From contig JBGARZ010000013.1 in NCBI GenBank assembly GCA_044229975.1, positions 1-64,000 of the forward strand: a stretch of DNA of 64,000 nt. Reading direction: 5' to 3'. This DNA comes from Polyangiales bacterium (GTDB lineage: Bacteria; Myxococcota_A; Polyangia; Polyangiales; Ga0077539). Below the pieces are notes generated by a model that saw nothing but the letters and a program-made list of their open reading frames with translations, was not told where the DNA came from and searched no databases. Position 1 is the stretch's first letter. Each line of letters opens with the position of its first letter. A program made the translations under genes and the position numbers. Positions 10,517 to 19,874 of the stretch are shown one piece after another.

Positions 10517-10634
10517 GCGGTGTGACCTTCGTTCAGCGGGTTGCTACCACACCCACGCGTCGGCTCCACGGCCTCGCGCCAGCGGTTGACAGCACCCCGG
10601 TCGGGGTAGTCAGGTCCGCCCCCTTCCACGGACG

Positions 10635-11696
10635 ATGACCCCCGCCGCCCCCCGACCACGGTACGTGCTCATCGACGCGCTGCGCGGCATCGCCGCGTGC
10701 ATGGTGATGCTCTACCACTTCTGTCAGGGCGACCTGCGCCCCGGGCTCACCCGCGTCTTCGGCGCGACGGTGCTCGAAGGCGTGGTGCACGGCTGGCTCG
10801 GGGTGCAGGTGTTCTTCATCCTGTCGGGCTTCGTCATCGCCAACACGGTGGGCGCGCGCGACGTCACGCTGCCCGACGCGGGGCGCTTCGCCTTACGCCG
10901 CCAGGTAAGGCTCGACCCGCCGTACTGGGTCTCGCTCTTCATCGCCGCGGTCGTCCCGTGGATCACCAAGGTGCTCGGCTTCAAGGGCAAGCCCCTGCCC
11001 CCGTGGCGCGTCGTCGGCGCGCACCTGCTCTACATCCAGGAGATCCTCCGCTACCGCTCGCTGCAACCCATCTACTGGACCCTCGCCATCGAGGTGCAGT
11101 TCTACATGGTGTTCATCCTCGCGCTGGCGGTGCTGCGCCGCCTGCCGCGGGTCGCGCCGTGGGTCATCCTCGCCAGCGGGGTCGTCTCTCTCGACCTCGG
11201 GATGCACTGGCAATACATCCACGGGTGGTTCATCCCGCACTGGTACCTCTTCGTGCTAGGCGCCTCGACCTACTGGGTCACGAAGCGCGGGCTCCCGCTC
11301 CTTCCGCACCTCGCGCTCCTCGTCTGGACGGCCTCGCAGGGCGCCGAGTTCGACCGCCTCGAACCCTTCGCGGGCGCCCTCACCGCGCTGCTGCTCACCA
11401 TCGCCGGTCGCACCGGCGGTCTCGAACGCTGGCTCTCCGCCCGCTGGCTCCAGTTCGTCGGTCGCGTCTCCTACGGCGTCTATCTCCTGCACCCGCTCGC
11501 GGGCTCGCAGGCGCGCTGGCACGTGGGCATTCGTGTTCGTGTCGCGACGGGACCGGGTGCGCTCGCGGTGCTGGTGGCTGCCATCGCGCTGACGATGCTG
11601 CTCGCGTGGCTGATGCACCGCTTCATCGAGGCGCCCGCGATGCGCCTCGCGGGTCGCATTCGCTGGTGGCACGGCGACCGCGACGCGGCACGATAG
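10635..11696 (+). CDS. Acyltransferase-3 (OafA-like) membrane O-acyltransferase
   Basis: DALRGIA, GVQVFFILSGF, YWTLAIEVQFY, GRVSYGVYLLH. Confidence 0.92.
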   Translation: MTPAAPRPRYVLIDALRGIAACMVMLYHFCQGDLRPGLTRVFGATVLEGVVHGWLGVQVFFILSGFVIANTVGARDVTLPDAGRFALRRQVRLDPPYWVSLFIAAVVPWITKVLGFKGKPLPPWRVVGAHLLYIQEILRYRSLQPIYWTLAIEVQFYMVFILALAVLRRLPRVAPWVILASGVVSLDLGMHWQYIHGWFIPHWYLFVLGASTYWVTKRGLPLLPHLALLVWTASQGAEFDRLEPFAGALTALLLTIAGRTGGLERWLSARWLQFVGRVSYGVYLLHPLAGSQARWHVGIRVRVATGPGALAVLVAAIALTMLLAWLMHRFIEAPAMRLAGRIRWWHGDRDAAR

Positions 11697-11705
11697 CGAC
11701 CGCCG

Positions 11706-12179
11706 ATGTGGAGGAGCCTGGTCGCCTGGGTGTTGGTGGTGGGCCTCGCCTGGGCGTCGTGGCTTGGCGTGGTGCAGCTCTACGGCTGGGAGCACAGCGT
11801 CGGGCACTTCGCCTTCGCGCGGGTCGGGGCGCCGTGGGCGTTCTTCGTCGCGGGCGGGCTGGCCGTGGCGCTCGACGTGGCCGCGGTGGCGGCTCTGCTC
11901 TTCCCACGTCCGCGTGGCTTCGGGGTGGTGCAGGGCGCGCTGCTCTACGGGCTCGCGCACGACGTCGTGACGCTGCGACTGCTCGCGGGTGACCTCGAAG
12001 GCGCGCGGCGGGTCTACGCGCTGGGTCGCGTCGAGGCGGGCCGACCCGAGACGGCGGCCGCGCTCGACGCGATGTTCAGCCCGATGGGGCAGCACCAGCA
12101 CGGGATGCTGGCGCTGCTCGCGGCGATGGTGGGGATGGTGCTGCTGATGGTGATACGGCCGTACTTCGAGCCGCGCTGA
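11706..12179 (+). CDS. Hypothetical membrane protein
   Basis: About four hydrophobic segments; starts 9 bp after the acyltransferase. Confidence 0.7.
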   Translation: MWRSLVAWVLVVGLAWASWLGVVQLYGWEHSVGHFAFARVGAPWAFFVAGGLAVALDVAAVAALLFPRPRGFGVVQGALLYGLAHDVVTLRLLAGDLEGARRVYALGRVEAGRPETAAALDAMFSPMGQHQHGMLALLAAMVGMVLLMVIRPYFEPR

Positions 12180-12185
12180 CGCCCG

Positions 12186-12701
12186 TTACGGGTGGTTGGC
12201 GGAGATCTCGGTGATGTGCAGCGCGCCGCGGGCCTGCTCGCCCTGGTGGTAGCTGCCGACCCAGACGTCGTACTGACCGGGGCCCGCGTTGGGGACGTCC
12301 ACCGTCGGGCTGAGGCCGCCCCACGAGTCGTCGTTGCAGCGCCAGCTCCCGTTGGCCGCGTTGATGACCAGCGTGGTGTCGGCGTTGTTGGGCGTGGTCA
12401 CGTAGAAGCGCAGCCGCGCGCTGCGGCCCGTGAGCCGGATGATGGCGTCGGGGCGGCGCGTGACCCACCCCTTGCAGCCGGGGCCGATGTTGAGCGTGCG
12501 GGCGTCGAGGTTGCCGCCCGAGACGATGTCGATGTTCATCGGGTCGGGCAGGAAGCCCGGCGCCACGTCGTGCGCGCCGAAGTTGGCCTGCTGACCGCCG
12601 ACGTCGAGGCCCGTCACCTGGGCGACGGCGTTGGTTCCAAAGCCCGAGGCGGCGAGCGCCGCGGTCAATCCCAGGCTGCACAAGATGCGTTGATGCTTCA
12701 T
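12186..12701 (-). CDS. Small secreted protein with pre-peptidase C-terminal (PPC)-like domain
   Basis: Signal peptide; GFLPDP, DTTLVIN..W.CNDD, GQYDVWVGSY. Confidence 0.8.
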   Translation of the reverse strand: MKHQRILCSLGLTAALAASGFGTNAVAQVTGLDVGGQQANFGAHDVAPGFLPDPMNIDIVSGGNLDARTLNIGPGCKGWVTRRPDAIIRLTGRSARLRFYVTTPNNADTTLVINAANGSWRCNDDSWGGLSPTVDVPNAGPGQYDVWVGSYHQGEQARGALHITEISANHP

Positions 12702-12750
12702 CGCTGCGGTCTCCGATCGAAGGCTGCGGGTGACGGTCGTGCTCATGGCT

Positions 12751-14163
12751 TCAGTGGCGCCCATGGCGACCGTGGTGACCGTGGTGGCCGTGGTGGCCGT
12801 GATGACCGCGACCGCCTTCGGGGGCGGGCGCCGCGGGGGCGAGCGCGCTCAGCACCGCGGGGATGTGCTCGGCGCCGGCCGCGCAACCGAAGCGGGCGCC
12901 CGCCTCGACCGCGCCGCCGCGGCGGGCGATGACGAAGACCACGCGGCGGTTTTGCGCCCACGCGGCCTCGTCGTGGCCCTGGTTGACCGGGCAGTACTCG
13001 CCGTACCCGGCGGGAACCATCCGCGACGCGTCGATGCCGTGGGCCGCGAGCCAGTCGCGCACGGCCTCGGCGCGGGCGACCGAGAGGCGCTGGTTGTGAC
13101 GGTCGCTGTCGCGCTCGTCGGTGTGCCCTTCGATGGAGAAGAGCTCGATGTCGGGGTGCGCGGTGAAGGTCGCCTGGGCCTGGTTGAGCGAGCGGTTGTT
13201 CTGCTCGTTGTCGAGGATGGTGGCGCTGTCGACCTCGAAGAGAATCTCGCCGAGGTTGATGACCGTCTGGATGCGACGGCAGCCGAGGCGGTCGGGGTCG
13301 GGCGTCGGGTCCATGGGTTCGAGGCGGCACTGGTCGCGGTGGTCGACGACGCCGTCGCCGTCGTTGTCGTCGTCGGGGCAGCCAAGGCGCTCGGGGTTGG
13401 GCTCGTCGCCCATCGGAAAGCGCGGACACAGGTCCTGCGGGTCGAGGACGCCGTCGCCGTCGAGGTCGCCGAGCGGACAACCGCGGCGCTCGGGGTCGGG
13501 GTTGTTGCCCATGGGGGTGTCGGGGCAGACATCGTCGGGGTCGATGACGCCGTCGCCATCACGGTCGCCGGGAGGAGGCGGCGGGGCCTCCTGCGGCGGC
13601 GGCGAGTGGAAGGTGAGGTTGATGCCCGCGGCGAAGAACTGCGCGCTGTCCGGAAACGGATCGCTGGAGTCCTGCATCAGCATGCCGAAGCGGGCGAAGG
13701 GCCCGATGCCGACCGAGCGCGAGACCGAGAAGTCGAAGCCGAGTCCCGCGTTGAGGTGCAGGCGCGTGAGGTCGCCCGAGAAGCCGGGGCCGACGTTGAC
13801 GTCGAACCAGAAGCCGCCGCCGCGGTTGCCGTTGTCGTCGAAGCGGGCGCGAACGCCGACTTCGAGGGCGAGCAGGCGACCGTTGGACCCCTGGTCGCGG
13901 AGCCAGAGCCAGTTGCTCACGCCGAGCTGGATGTGGAGCGGGCCGGCGAAGCGCAGGCCGCCGCGCAGCGTGAGCTCGCCGCCGAGGCCGTCGTAGCCGA
14001 GGCTGCTGCGCTGGAAGTCGGAGACCATCGCGCCGAGGCCGAGCTCGCCGTGGAGGTAGAGCCGGTGGACGATCTGCGCCTGCGCGTCGGGCGCGGCGGT
14101 GAAGACAGCGAGGGCACCGGCAAGCATGGCGCAGGCACCCGCAGGGCGAATGGATCGGGTCAT
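12751..14163 (-). CDS. OmpA-family outer-membrane protein with beta-barrel, TSP3 repeats, peptidoglycan-binding domain and His-rich tail
   Basis: DRDGDGVIDPDDVCP repeats; IEGHTD, LSVARAEAV, QNRRV; ends GHHGHHGHHGHHGRHGRH. Confidence 0.92.
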   Translation of the reverse strand: MTRSIRPAGACAMLAGALAVFTAAPDAQAQIVHRLYLHGELGLGAMVSDFQRSSLGYDGLGGELTLRGGLRFAGPLHIQLGVSNWLWLRDQGSNGRLLALEVGVRARFDDNGNRGGGFWFDVNVGPGFSGDLTRLHLNAGLGFDFSVSRSVGIGPFARFGMLMQDSSDPFPDSAQFFAAGINLTFHSPPPQEAPPPPPGDRDGDGVIDPDDVCPDTPMGNNPDPERRGCPLGDLDGDGVLDPQDLCPRFPMGDEPNPERLGCPDDDNDGDGVVDHRDQCRLEPMDPTPDPDRLGCRRIQTVINLGEILFEVDSATILDNEQNNRSLNQAQATFTAHPDIELFSIEGHTDERDSDRHNQRLSVARAEAVRDWLAAHGIDASRMVPAGYGEYCPVNQGHDEAAWAQNRRVVFVIARRGGAVEAGARFGCAAGAEHIPAVLSALAPAAPAPEGGRGHHGHHGHHGHHGRHGRH

Positions 14164-14193
14164 CGTGGTGTCTCTCCTTCGAAGGGGTGTCGG

Positions 14194-14910
14194 TCAGTCC
14201 GCGGGCGCGCCGGCGTCAGGGAAGAGGGAGACGTCGGGGAGCTCGACGTCGGGAAGCTGGATGTCAGGGAAGCCCTTCACGTCGGGGAGCACCTGCACGT
14301 CGGGGAGCACCTGCACGTCGGGGAGCACCGAGGCGTCGAGGGTGCCCGCGTCGCCGACGCTTCCGCCGATGGTGAAGGCTTCGAGGAAGTACGGAGACGT
14401 CCGCGAGCAGGTCGCCGATGCGGCCGCCGCGGAGGGCTCGCGCGTCCCCGTGCGGGACAAGAGGCCGAGCGTGGGGTGCCTCACGTCGAGGCGAAACGAG
14501 GTCGGCGCGTCGATGCGGAAGGGAATGACGCAGACGAGGTATTCGCCGGGAGGCGGAGCGGTGGTCCAGAAGACGTTCTCGGGGCCGGTGCCGGAGGTGT
14601 CGTCGCGGTCGAGGGTGCCGCCGCCGCCGGAGCGGGTGATGTAGTTGATGGTCGTGCCCGACGGGGTCACCACGTGGAGGTCGAGGTCACCGGGGAGGTT
14701 CCAGGTGAGGGTGGCGCGGAAGAGGCCGTCGCCCACGCAGGCGCCGTTGACGCAGCGCTGGGTCGCCGCGCAGGCGGGGGTGCACACCGACTGCGCGGCG
14801 ACACCGGCATCCAGGGAGAAGGCGCCCACGATGTTGGCGTCGCCCGGGATGCAACCAGACGCAGCGCAGGCCAGCGCGAAGAAGAGAGACGGGAGAGCGT
14901 ACGGTCGCAT
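14194..14910 (-). CDS. Lipoprotein with YfaP/DUF2135-like domain
   Basis: Lipobox ASGC; DLDLHVVTPSG and LDRDD..GTGPENV; VLPDVQ tandem repeats. Confidence 0.8.
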   Translation of the reverse strand: MRPYALPSLFFALACAASGCIPGDANIVGAFSLDAGVAAQSVCTPACAATQRCVNGACVGDGLFRATLTWNLPGDLDLHVVTPSGTTINYITRSGGGGTLDRDDTSGTGPENVFWTTAPPPGEYLVCVIPFRIDAPTSFRLDVRHPTLGLLSRTGTREPSAAAASATCSRTSPYFLEAFTIGGSVGDAGTLDASVLPDVQVLPDVQVLPDVKGFPDIQLPDVELPDVSLFPDAGAPAD

Positions 14911-15089
14911 CGATCGTCCTTTGGTTGGGGAGAGACGCAGCGCCCACCCGAGCGCCGACCGGCGGTACCCCGATGGTCGTTCGCGAGGTGAGGCGCGACG
15001 CCTCAGGTGAGTCCGTTTTCAAGCCCAAGACAAGACAATTCCCGTGCCGCGTACGCAGGCGGCGGCGCTGCATCGAAGCCCCTCTCCAA

Positions 15090-15133
15090 GGCTGTTCGCT
15101 CAGCGAACAACGGCTGTTCGCCCAGCGAACAAC
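15090..15133. promoter_or_regulatory. Tandem 22-bp palindromic operator/enhancer-like repeats
   Basis: GGCTGTTCGC(T/C)CAGCGAACAAC x2; each contains TGT-N11-ACA; upstream of the 14910 operon. Confidence 0.5.
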
Positions 15134-15161
15134 CGCGAACACACTCATTCAGGCGGCCGGT

Positions 15162-15409
15162 GATCTCGTCCGGTGGGGCCGGAGTTCGCGTCACCCCATG
15201 AGCCCGGGTGCAGTCGCTCACTCCGGGCTATTTCAGGTTGTCACCCCGCGGTGCGGGGTTGCAGCCCAGAGCACCTCAATCGCCCCGGGAAGGGCGGTCG
15301 GATTCTTTGCAACCCCGCACCGCGGGGTGACAACCTGAAATAGCCCGGAGTGAGCGACTGCACCCGGGCTCATGGGGTGACGCGAACTCCGGCCCCACCG
15401 GACGAGATC
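15162..15409. repeat. Long inverted-repeat element, subfamily B
   Basis: 102-bp arms (15162-15263 and 15308-15409) read as perfect reverse complements around a 44-bp loop. Confidence 0.95.
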
Positions 15410-15411
15410 CA

Positions 15412-16581
15412 TCAGGGTCGTCGCACGCAGCCCGGGTGCCCGCTGAACACCAGCGCGTCGAGCGCCCGCTCCGGCGCCACTCCCCGCAGCGGCGCGGCGC
15501 CCAGGTCGATGACCGTGTCGGCGTCCCAGGTCGTCTCGCGCCCTCGCACCGCCGCGTCCCAGCCGCACGCGAGCGCGCCGTACGCGCTGCCCTCCACCAG
15601 GAGCTGCTCGGCGAGCGTTCGCCCCTCCGCCCCGGCGGACGTCACGCGTCGTCGCAGACGCAGCCGCTCGTGGGTCTCCAGCGCGCGCATCTCCTCCACC
15701 GGGTCGGTCACCACGTGCGAGTCGATGCCGACACACAGCCGCACCCCGGCCGCCCGCAGCGCGGCGATGTCCGCGAGCCCGTCGCCGAGGTCGCGCTCCG
15801 TCGTGGGGCACAAGCACGCGAAGGCGCCCGCCTCCCCCATGAGCCGCGCCTCGTGCGCCTCGACGTTGGTCGCGTGCACGGCGACGAAGCGCGCGTCGAG
15901 CACGCCCGCGTCGGCGAGCAGCTCCACCGGGCGGCGACCGTGTTCGGCGAGGCACGACTCCACCTCGCCGGTCACCTCCGCGACGTGCATGTGGAAGGGC
16001 ATCGCATACCGCGTCGCGTATTCGTGCAGCGGCCCCAGCCACTCGCGCGGAACGGCCCGCACCGAGTGCGGCGCCACGCCGACCTTCACCCGCGGGTCAT
16101 CACCCCAGCGCGCCCGGAGCGCGTCGAGGTCGCGCAGCACGTCGTCGGGTTCGGCATCAGAGAAGCGTCGCTGGGCGCCCTCGGGCGGTCGGCCCTGACC
16201 CGCGCGCGCATAGGCCACGCGCAGCAGGGTCACCCGCAGCCCCTCGGCGAGGGCGGCGTCGATCACCACATCAGCGAGCAGCGTGCGCTGCGCGTAGGGC
16301 GCACCGCCCGACTGGTGGTGCACATAGTGAAACTCGCCGACGCAGGTGACGCCCGAGCGACGGAGCGCCCGAAAGGCCTCGCGCGACACGACCGCGAGGG
16401 ACTCCGGGGTGAGCGCGTCGGCCGCGGCGAACATGGCGTCGCGCCACGACCAGAAGGTCCCGCTCTCGGCGGGGGCGCGCTGGGTCTGACCGCGCAGGCC
16501 GTATTGAAACGCGTGGGAGTGGGCGCTCACCCAGCCGGGGAGCACGAGGGAGTCACCCTGGATGGACGTGAGCGGTCGCAT
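15412..16581 (-). CDS. hutF: Formimidoylglutamate deiminase
   Basis: AHSHAFQ..LRG, TFWSWRDAM, VGEFHYVHH, APHSVRAV, HMHVAE, CPTTERDLGDG. Confidence 0.9.
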   Translation of the reverse strand: MRPLTSIQGDSLVLPGWVSAHSHAFQYGLRGQTQRAPAESGTFWSWRDAMFAAADALTPESLAVVSREAFRALRRSGVTCVGEFHYVHHQSGGAPYAQRTLLADVVIDAALAEGLRVTLLRVAYARAGQGRPPEGAQRRFSDAEPDDVLRDLDALRARWGDDPRVKVGVAPHSVRAVPREWLGPLHEYATRYAMPFHMHVAEVTGEVESCLAEHGRRPVELLADAGVLDARFVAVHATNVEAHEARLMGEAGAFACLCPTTERDLGDGLADIAALRAAGVRLCVGIDSHVVTDPVEEMRALETHERLRLRRRVTSAGAEGRTLAEQLLVEGSAYGALACGWDAAVRGRETTWDADTVIDLGAAPLRGVAPERALDALVFSGHPGCVRRP

Positions 16582-16647
16582 GGGAGGGACGTTAGTCCAT
16601 CCGAGCAGACCGTCAGCGAGGATGTGAGGGAGGGGAGTGCGGAGCGA

Positions 16648-17112
16648 TCAGGAAGCGGACTTCTCGGCCACCACGTTCACCTTGAAGGTCGCGCTGACCT
16701 CCGGGGCGAGCTTCGCGGTCACGGCGTAGGTGCCGACCGCGCGGATGGCGTCGACCGCGAGCTTCTTGCGGTCGATGTCGAAGCCGGCCTTCTTCAGCTC
16801 GGCCTCGATGTCCTTGTGGGTCACCGAGCCGTAGAGCTTGCCGGCCTCGCCGACGGTGCGGGCGATGGTGACCTCGACGGCGCCGAGCTTCGCGGCCAGG
16901 GCGGCCGAGTCAGCGCGGAGCTTCGCGGCCTTCTCCGACGCGACGCGCTTCTGGTGCTCGAAGCGGGCGACGTTGCCCTCGCTGGCCGCGAGCGCGAAGC
17001 CCTCGGGCAGGAGGTAGTTGCGCGCGTAGCCCGAAGCCACCTTCACGACGTCCCCGCCCTTGCCGAGCTTGAGGACGTCGCGCGACAGAATCACATGAAC
17101 GGTCTTGCTCAT
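16648..17112 (-). CDS. rplI: 50S ribosomal protein L9
   Basis: LGKGGDVVKVASGYARNYLLP, GKLYGSVT. Confidence 0.98.
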   Translation of the reverse strand: MSKTVHVILSRDVLKLGKGGDVVKVASGYARNYLLPEGFALAASEGNVARFEHQKRVASEKAAKLRADSAALAAKLGAVEVTIARTVGEAGKLYGSVTHKDIEAELKKAGFDIDRKKLAVDAIRAVGTYAVTAKLAPEVSATFKVNVVAEKSAS

Positions 17113-17122
17113 GACTGAACCC

Positions 17123-17446
17123 CTACTTGCCCGACGTGGTGAAGGGCAGGAGCGCGATCATGCGGCCGCGCTTGATGGCGCCGATGAGCATGCGCTGGTG
17201 CAGCGCGCAGGTGCCCGAGATGCGGCGCGGAACAACCTTGCCCCGGTCGCTGAGGAAGTAGCGCAGGAGCGAGGCGTCCTTGTAGTCGATGCCGGTGACC
17301 TTCTCGACGCAGAACTTGCAGACGCGCTTGCGCCCGCCGCGGCGACGGGCCGCGATGTTCTCGGCTGCGATCTCGGCTGCGCCGCCCTCGCTGTAGCCGC
17401 CGCGATCGTCGAAGGGATCCATTCCACCACCTGAAAAGCGTGCCAT
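17123..17446 (-). CDS. rpsR: 30S ribosomal protein S18 (Zn-binding C+ type, N-terminal extension)
   Basis: [27 protein letters not shown]. Confidence 0.97.
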   Translation of the reverse strand: MARFSGGGMDPFDDRGGYSEGGAAEIAAENIAARRRGGRKRVCKFCVEKVTGIDYKDASLLRYFLSDRGKVVPRRISGTCALHQRMLIGAIKRGRMIALLPFTTSGK

Positions 17447-17460
17447 GGTCGTTGTTCCTT

Positions 17461-18048
17461 TCAGGCCTCGGCCGCGGGGGGTGCCCCGGCGCCGTCGTCA
17501 GAATCCTTGGGGGCGTCGGCCGAAGCCGTCGGGTCGCGCTGGTCACGGTCGCCGCGATCACCGCGGTCGCCGCGGTCACCACGATCGCCGCGATCACCAC
17601 GGTCGCGCCGGGGCTCGTCGGCCAGGCCGAGCTGGGCCTCGAAGCTCTCGTCGCGGTCGTCGTCCTCGGCGGACAGCTCGATGCGGCGGGTCTTGATCTC
17701 CTCGGGGTCGACGGTGACCGAGGCCACGTCGACGTCCTTGGCGAGCACCACCGTCATGTGACGGAGGACGGTGTCGAGCATGCGGAGGTTGCGCTCCAGC
17801 TCGGCCACGGTGCCCTTGGCGCCGAGGTAGCGGAGGTACACGTAGACCCCCTTGCGCTGCTTGCCGATCGGGTAGGCGAGGCGACGCTTGCCCCAGCTCT
17901 CGATCTTGGTGAGCTTCGCGCCGGTACCTTCGAGGGACGAGAGCGCGCGGGAGATGACCTTCTCCGACGTCTCGCCATCGATGTCCGGGCGAAGGATGAA
18001 CACGGTCTCGTAATCCGAGGCCCGCGTGCTCCGTGCTTCCGTTGCCAT
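17461..18048 (-). CDS. rpsF: 30S ribosomal protein S6 with acidic/RGD-repeat tail
   Basis: [20 protein letters not shown]. Confidence 0.97.
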   Translation of the reverse strand: MATEARSTRASDYETVFILRPDIDGETSEKVISRALSSLEGTGAKLTKIESWGKRRLAYPIGKQRKGVYVYLRYLGAKGTVAELERNLRMLDTVLRHMTVVLAKDVDVASVTVDPEEIKTRRIELSAEDDDRDESFEAQLGLADEPRRDRGDRGDRGDRGDRGDRGDRDQRDPTASADAPKDSDDGAGAPPAAEA

Positions 18049-18058
18049 GATGTGTTGT

Positions 18059-18110
18059 CCTCCTGGACTCGTAACAAAGGCCCCCGCGAAGGTGCGGGAG
18101 CGAGGACCAC
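18059..18110 (-). promoter_or_regulatory. Putative S6:S18 ribosomal-protein leader (cis-regulatory RNA)
   Basis: Minus strand TCCTCGCTCCCGC-loop-GCGGGGGCC...GAGTCCAGGAGG: outer stem pairs with the SD and CC lies in an internal loop, as in known rpsF leaders. Confidence 0.65.
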
Positions 18111-18247
18111 CTACCGTCCGTCTCCGAACGTGGGGGCGCGCTTGCTATCACAGCCCATCGACGGAGGGGAAGTGCCCCGCCCGAAGATTTGCGCGGCCGG
18201 TCGCACTGCTTGACCCGGAGCGAAGGGCGGGCGAAGTGTCCGCCGCC

Positions 18248-18907
18248 ATGACCAAAGCCCTCGATCAGAAGCTCGACAAGGTGTTCGCCGCCGACCGCGC
18301 CCTGCGCATCGCGGAGCTGGACTTCCTCGAAAACACCGGCCCCGAACACCTCGCCGCCCTGGGGCGTGCCGTGGACGCCGCCTTCGCCCTCACCGACGTC
18401 GAGGAGGGCGCCATCCGCCTCATGCGCGCGGCCGACCTGCTCGGTGACTTCACCGGGCCGGAGGTTCCGACGCTGCTGCTCCGCATGCTCGACCACGAGG
18501 AGCCGGCCGTGCGCGACGCCGCGGGCTCCACGCTGCTCGACGTCGGCTACTCGCGCTACGCCGAGGTCGCCCGCGCCATCGAGAAGCTCATCGACGAGGG
18601 CAAGGCCATCACGGCGTTGAAGGAGGTTCCGTTCGTGCTGGCGGAGATCGGCGAGCCGGGGGGCGTGAAGCTCTGCCTGCGCCTCACGAAGCACGCCAAC
18701 GGCGACGTGGTGGCCTCGGCGGTGGAGGGACTCGCGAAGCTCGGCGACCCGTCGGTCATCAAGGACCTGGAGAAGCTCCGCAGCGACAAGCGCGTGGTCG
18801 AGGACGACGGCGCCGACGACGAGCACGCGGGCCCCGACGGCGGCGGCCACACCGTGGGCGAGCTCGTCGACGAGGTGCTCGAACACCTCCGCTCGATCAA
18901 GGGCTGA
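18248..18907 (+). CDS. HEAT-repeat protein
   Basis: LLRMLDHEEPAVRDAA, VVASAVEGLAKLGD. Confidence 0.85.
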   Translation: MTKALDQKLDKVFAADRALRIAELDFLENTGPEHLAALGRAVDAAFALTDVEEGAIRLMRAADLLGDFTGPEVPTLLLRMLDHEEPAVRDAAGSTLLDVGYSRYAEVARAIEKLIDEGKAITALKEVPFVLAEIGEPGGVKLCLRLTKHANGDVVASAVEGLAKLGDPSVIKDLEKLRSDKRVVEDDGADDEHAGPDGGGHTVGELVDEVLEHLRSIKG

Positions 18908-18949
18908 GCCTCTCCCTTCACACTCTCCAACGCGGTCGGCGGAGACCCG

Positions 18950-19780
18950 ATGACCATCAACGGCCAGGACGCGGCGCTCGAACAGGCCCTCGCCTACGAC
19001 GCCGCGTTCGTCCCGCGCTTCGCCCAGCGCTTCGGCGAGCGGCTGCTGCTGGCCCTCGACCTGCCCCCCAAGGCCAACGTGCTCGACCTCGTGTGCCGCA
19101 CCGGCTACCCCGCGGTGCAGGTGCTCGACCGCGTGCGCGACGGCCGCGTCATCGCCCTCGACCAGGACGGGCGCTTCCTCGAACTCGCGCGGGCCCGCGC
19201 GGGCACCGACCTCGGGCGGCGCATCTTCTTCAAGCAGGGCACACCCACCTCGCTGGGCTTCTCCGACGAGATCTTCACCAACGTCATCGGCAACCTCATC
19301 GACCGCGTCACCACCGACCGCGCCGCGGTGCTCGCCGAGAGCGCGCGGGTGCTGCGCCCCGGCGGTCAGGTGGCCCTCACGCTGCCGCTGCGCGGGAGCT
19401 TCCTGGAGGTGATCGACCTCTTGCGGGAGATCGCGCTGCGCCACGACCTGTCGCGGCTCTCCGAGAAGGTCGAGCACTACTTCAACGCCATGCCCACGGT
19501 GGAGACGCTGCGGGCCGAGCTGGAGGCGCGCGGCTTCGAGCGCGTGTCCGTCGACGCGTGGGAGTTCACGCTGGAGTACGTGTCATCGGCCGACCTGTTC
19601 GGTGACCCGCTGGTGCAGGCCGCGGGGCTCGTCGAGTGGCGCGCGTGCGCCGAAGGGAGCGACCGCCCCGACGAGGTGATCGCGGAGCTGAAGCGGTGCA
19701 TCGACACGTACTTCGAGGGGCGCCGCTTCCCTCTCACGGTGGTGGGCGGGTGCGCCGTGGGGCAGCGCCGCGGAGCCTGA
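18950..19780 (+). CDS. Class I SAM methyltransferase-fold protein
   Basis: VLDLVCRTG (degenerate motif I), VIALD, RVLRPGG. Confidence 0.85.
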   Translation: MTINGQDAALEQALAYDAAFVPRFAQRFGERLLLALDLPPKANVLDLVCRTGYPAVQVLDRVRDGRVIALDQDGRFLELARARAGTDLGRRIFFKQGTPTSLGFSDEIFTNVIGNLIDRVTTDRAAVLAESARVLRPGGQVALTLPLRGSFLEVIDLLREIALRHDLSRLSEKVEHYFNAMPTVETLRAELEARGFERVSVDAWEFTLEYVSSADLFGDPLVQAAGLVEWRACAEGSDRPDEVIAELKRCIDTYFEGRRFPLTVVGGCAVGQRRGA

Positions 19781-19874
19781 CGCCGGGTGAGACCTGGCTA
19801 CGCGCCCTGCGACGCGATTTACGCACTCGGTCGGGTCATTGCCACGCGCGCGGGACTGACCTAAGAGCGTTGGC

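Noticed and set aside
1332..14163. traAB outer-membrane-exchange locus
   Set aside because: The candidates are ~9.5 kb apart on opposite strands, whereas traAB are adjacent; both architectures are common
15162..15409. GTTGCA/TGCAAC ends around a variable loop as CRISPR repeat-spacer units
   Set aside because: Repeats are inverted and dispersed, loops look homologous between copies, and no cas genes are present
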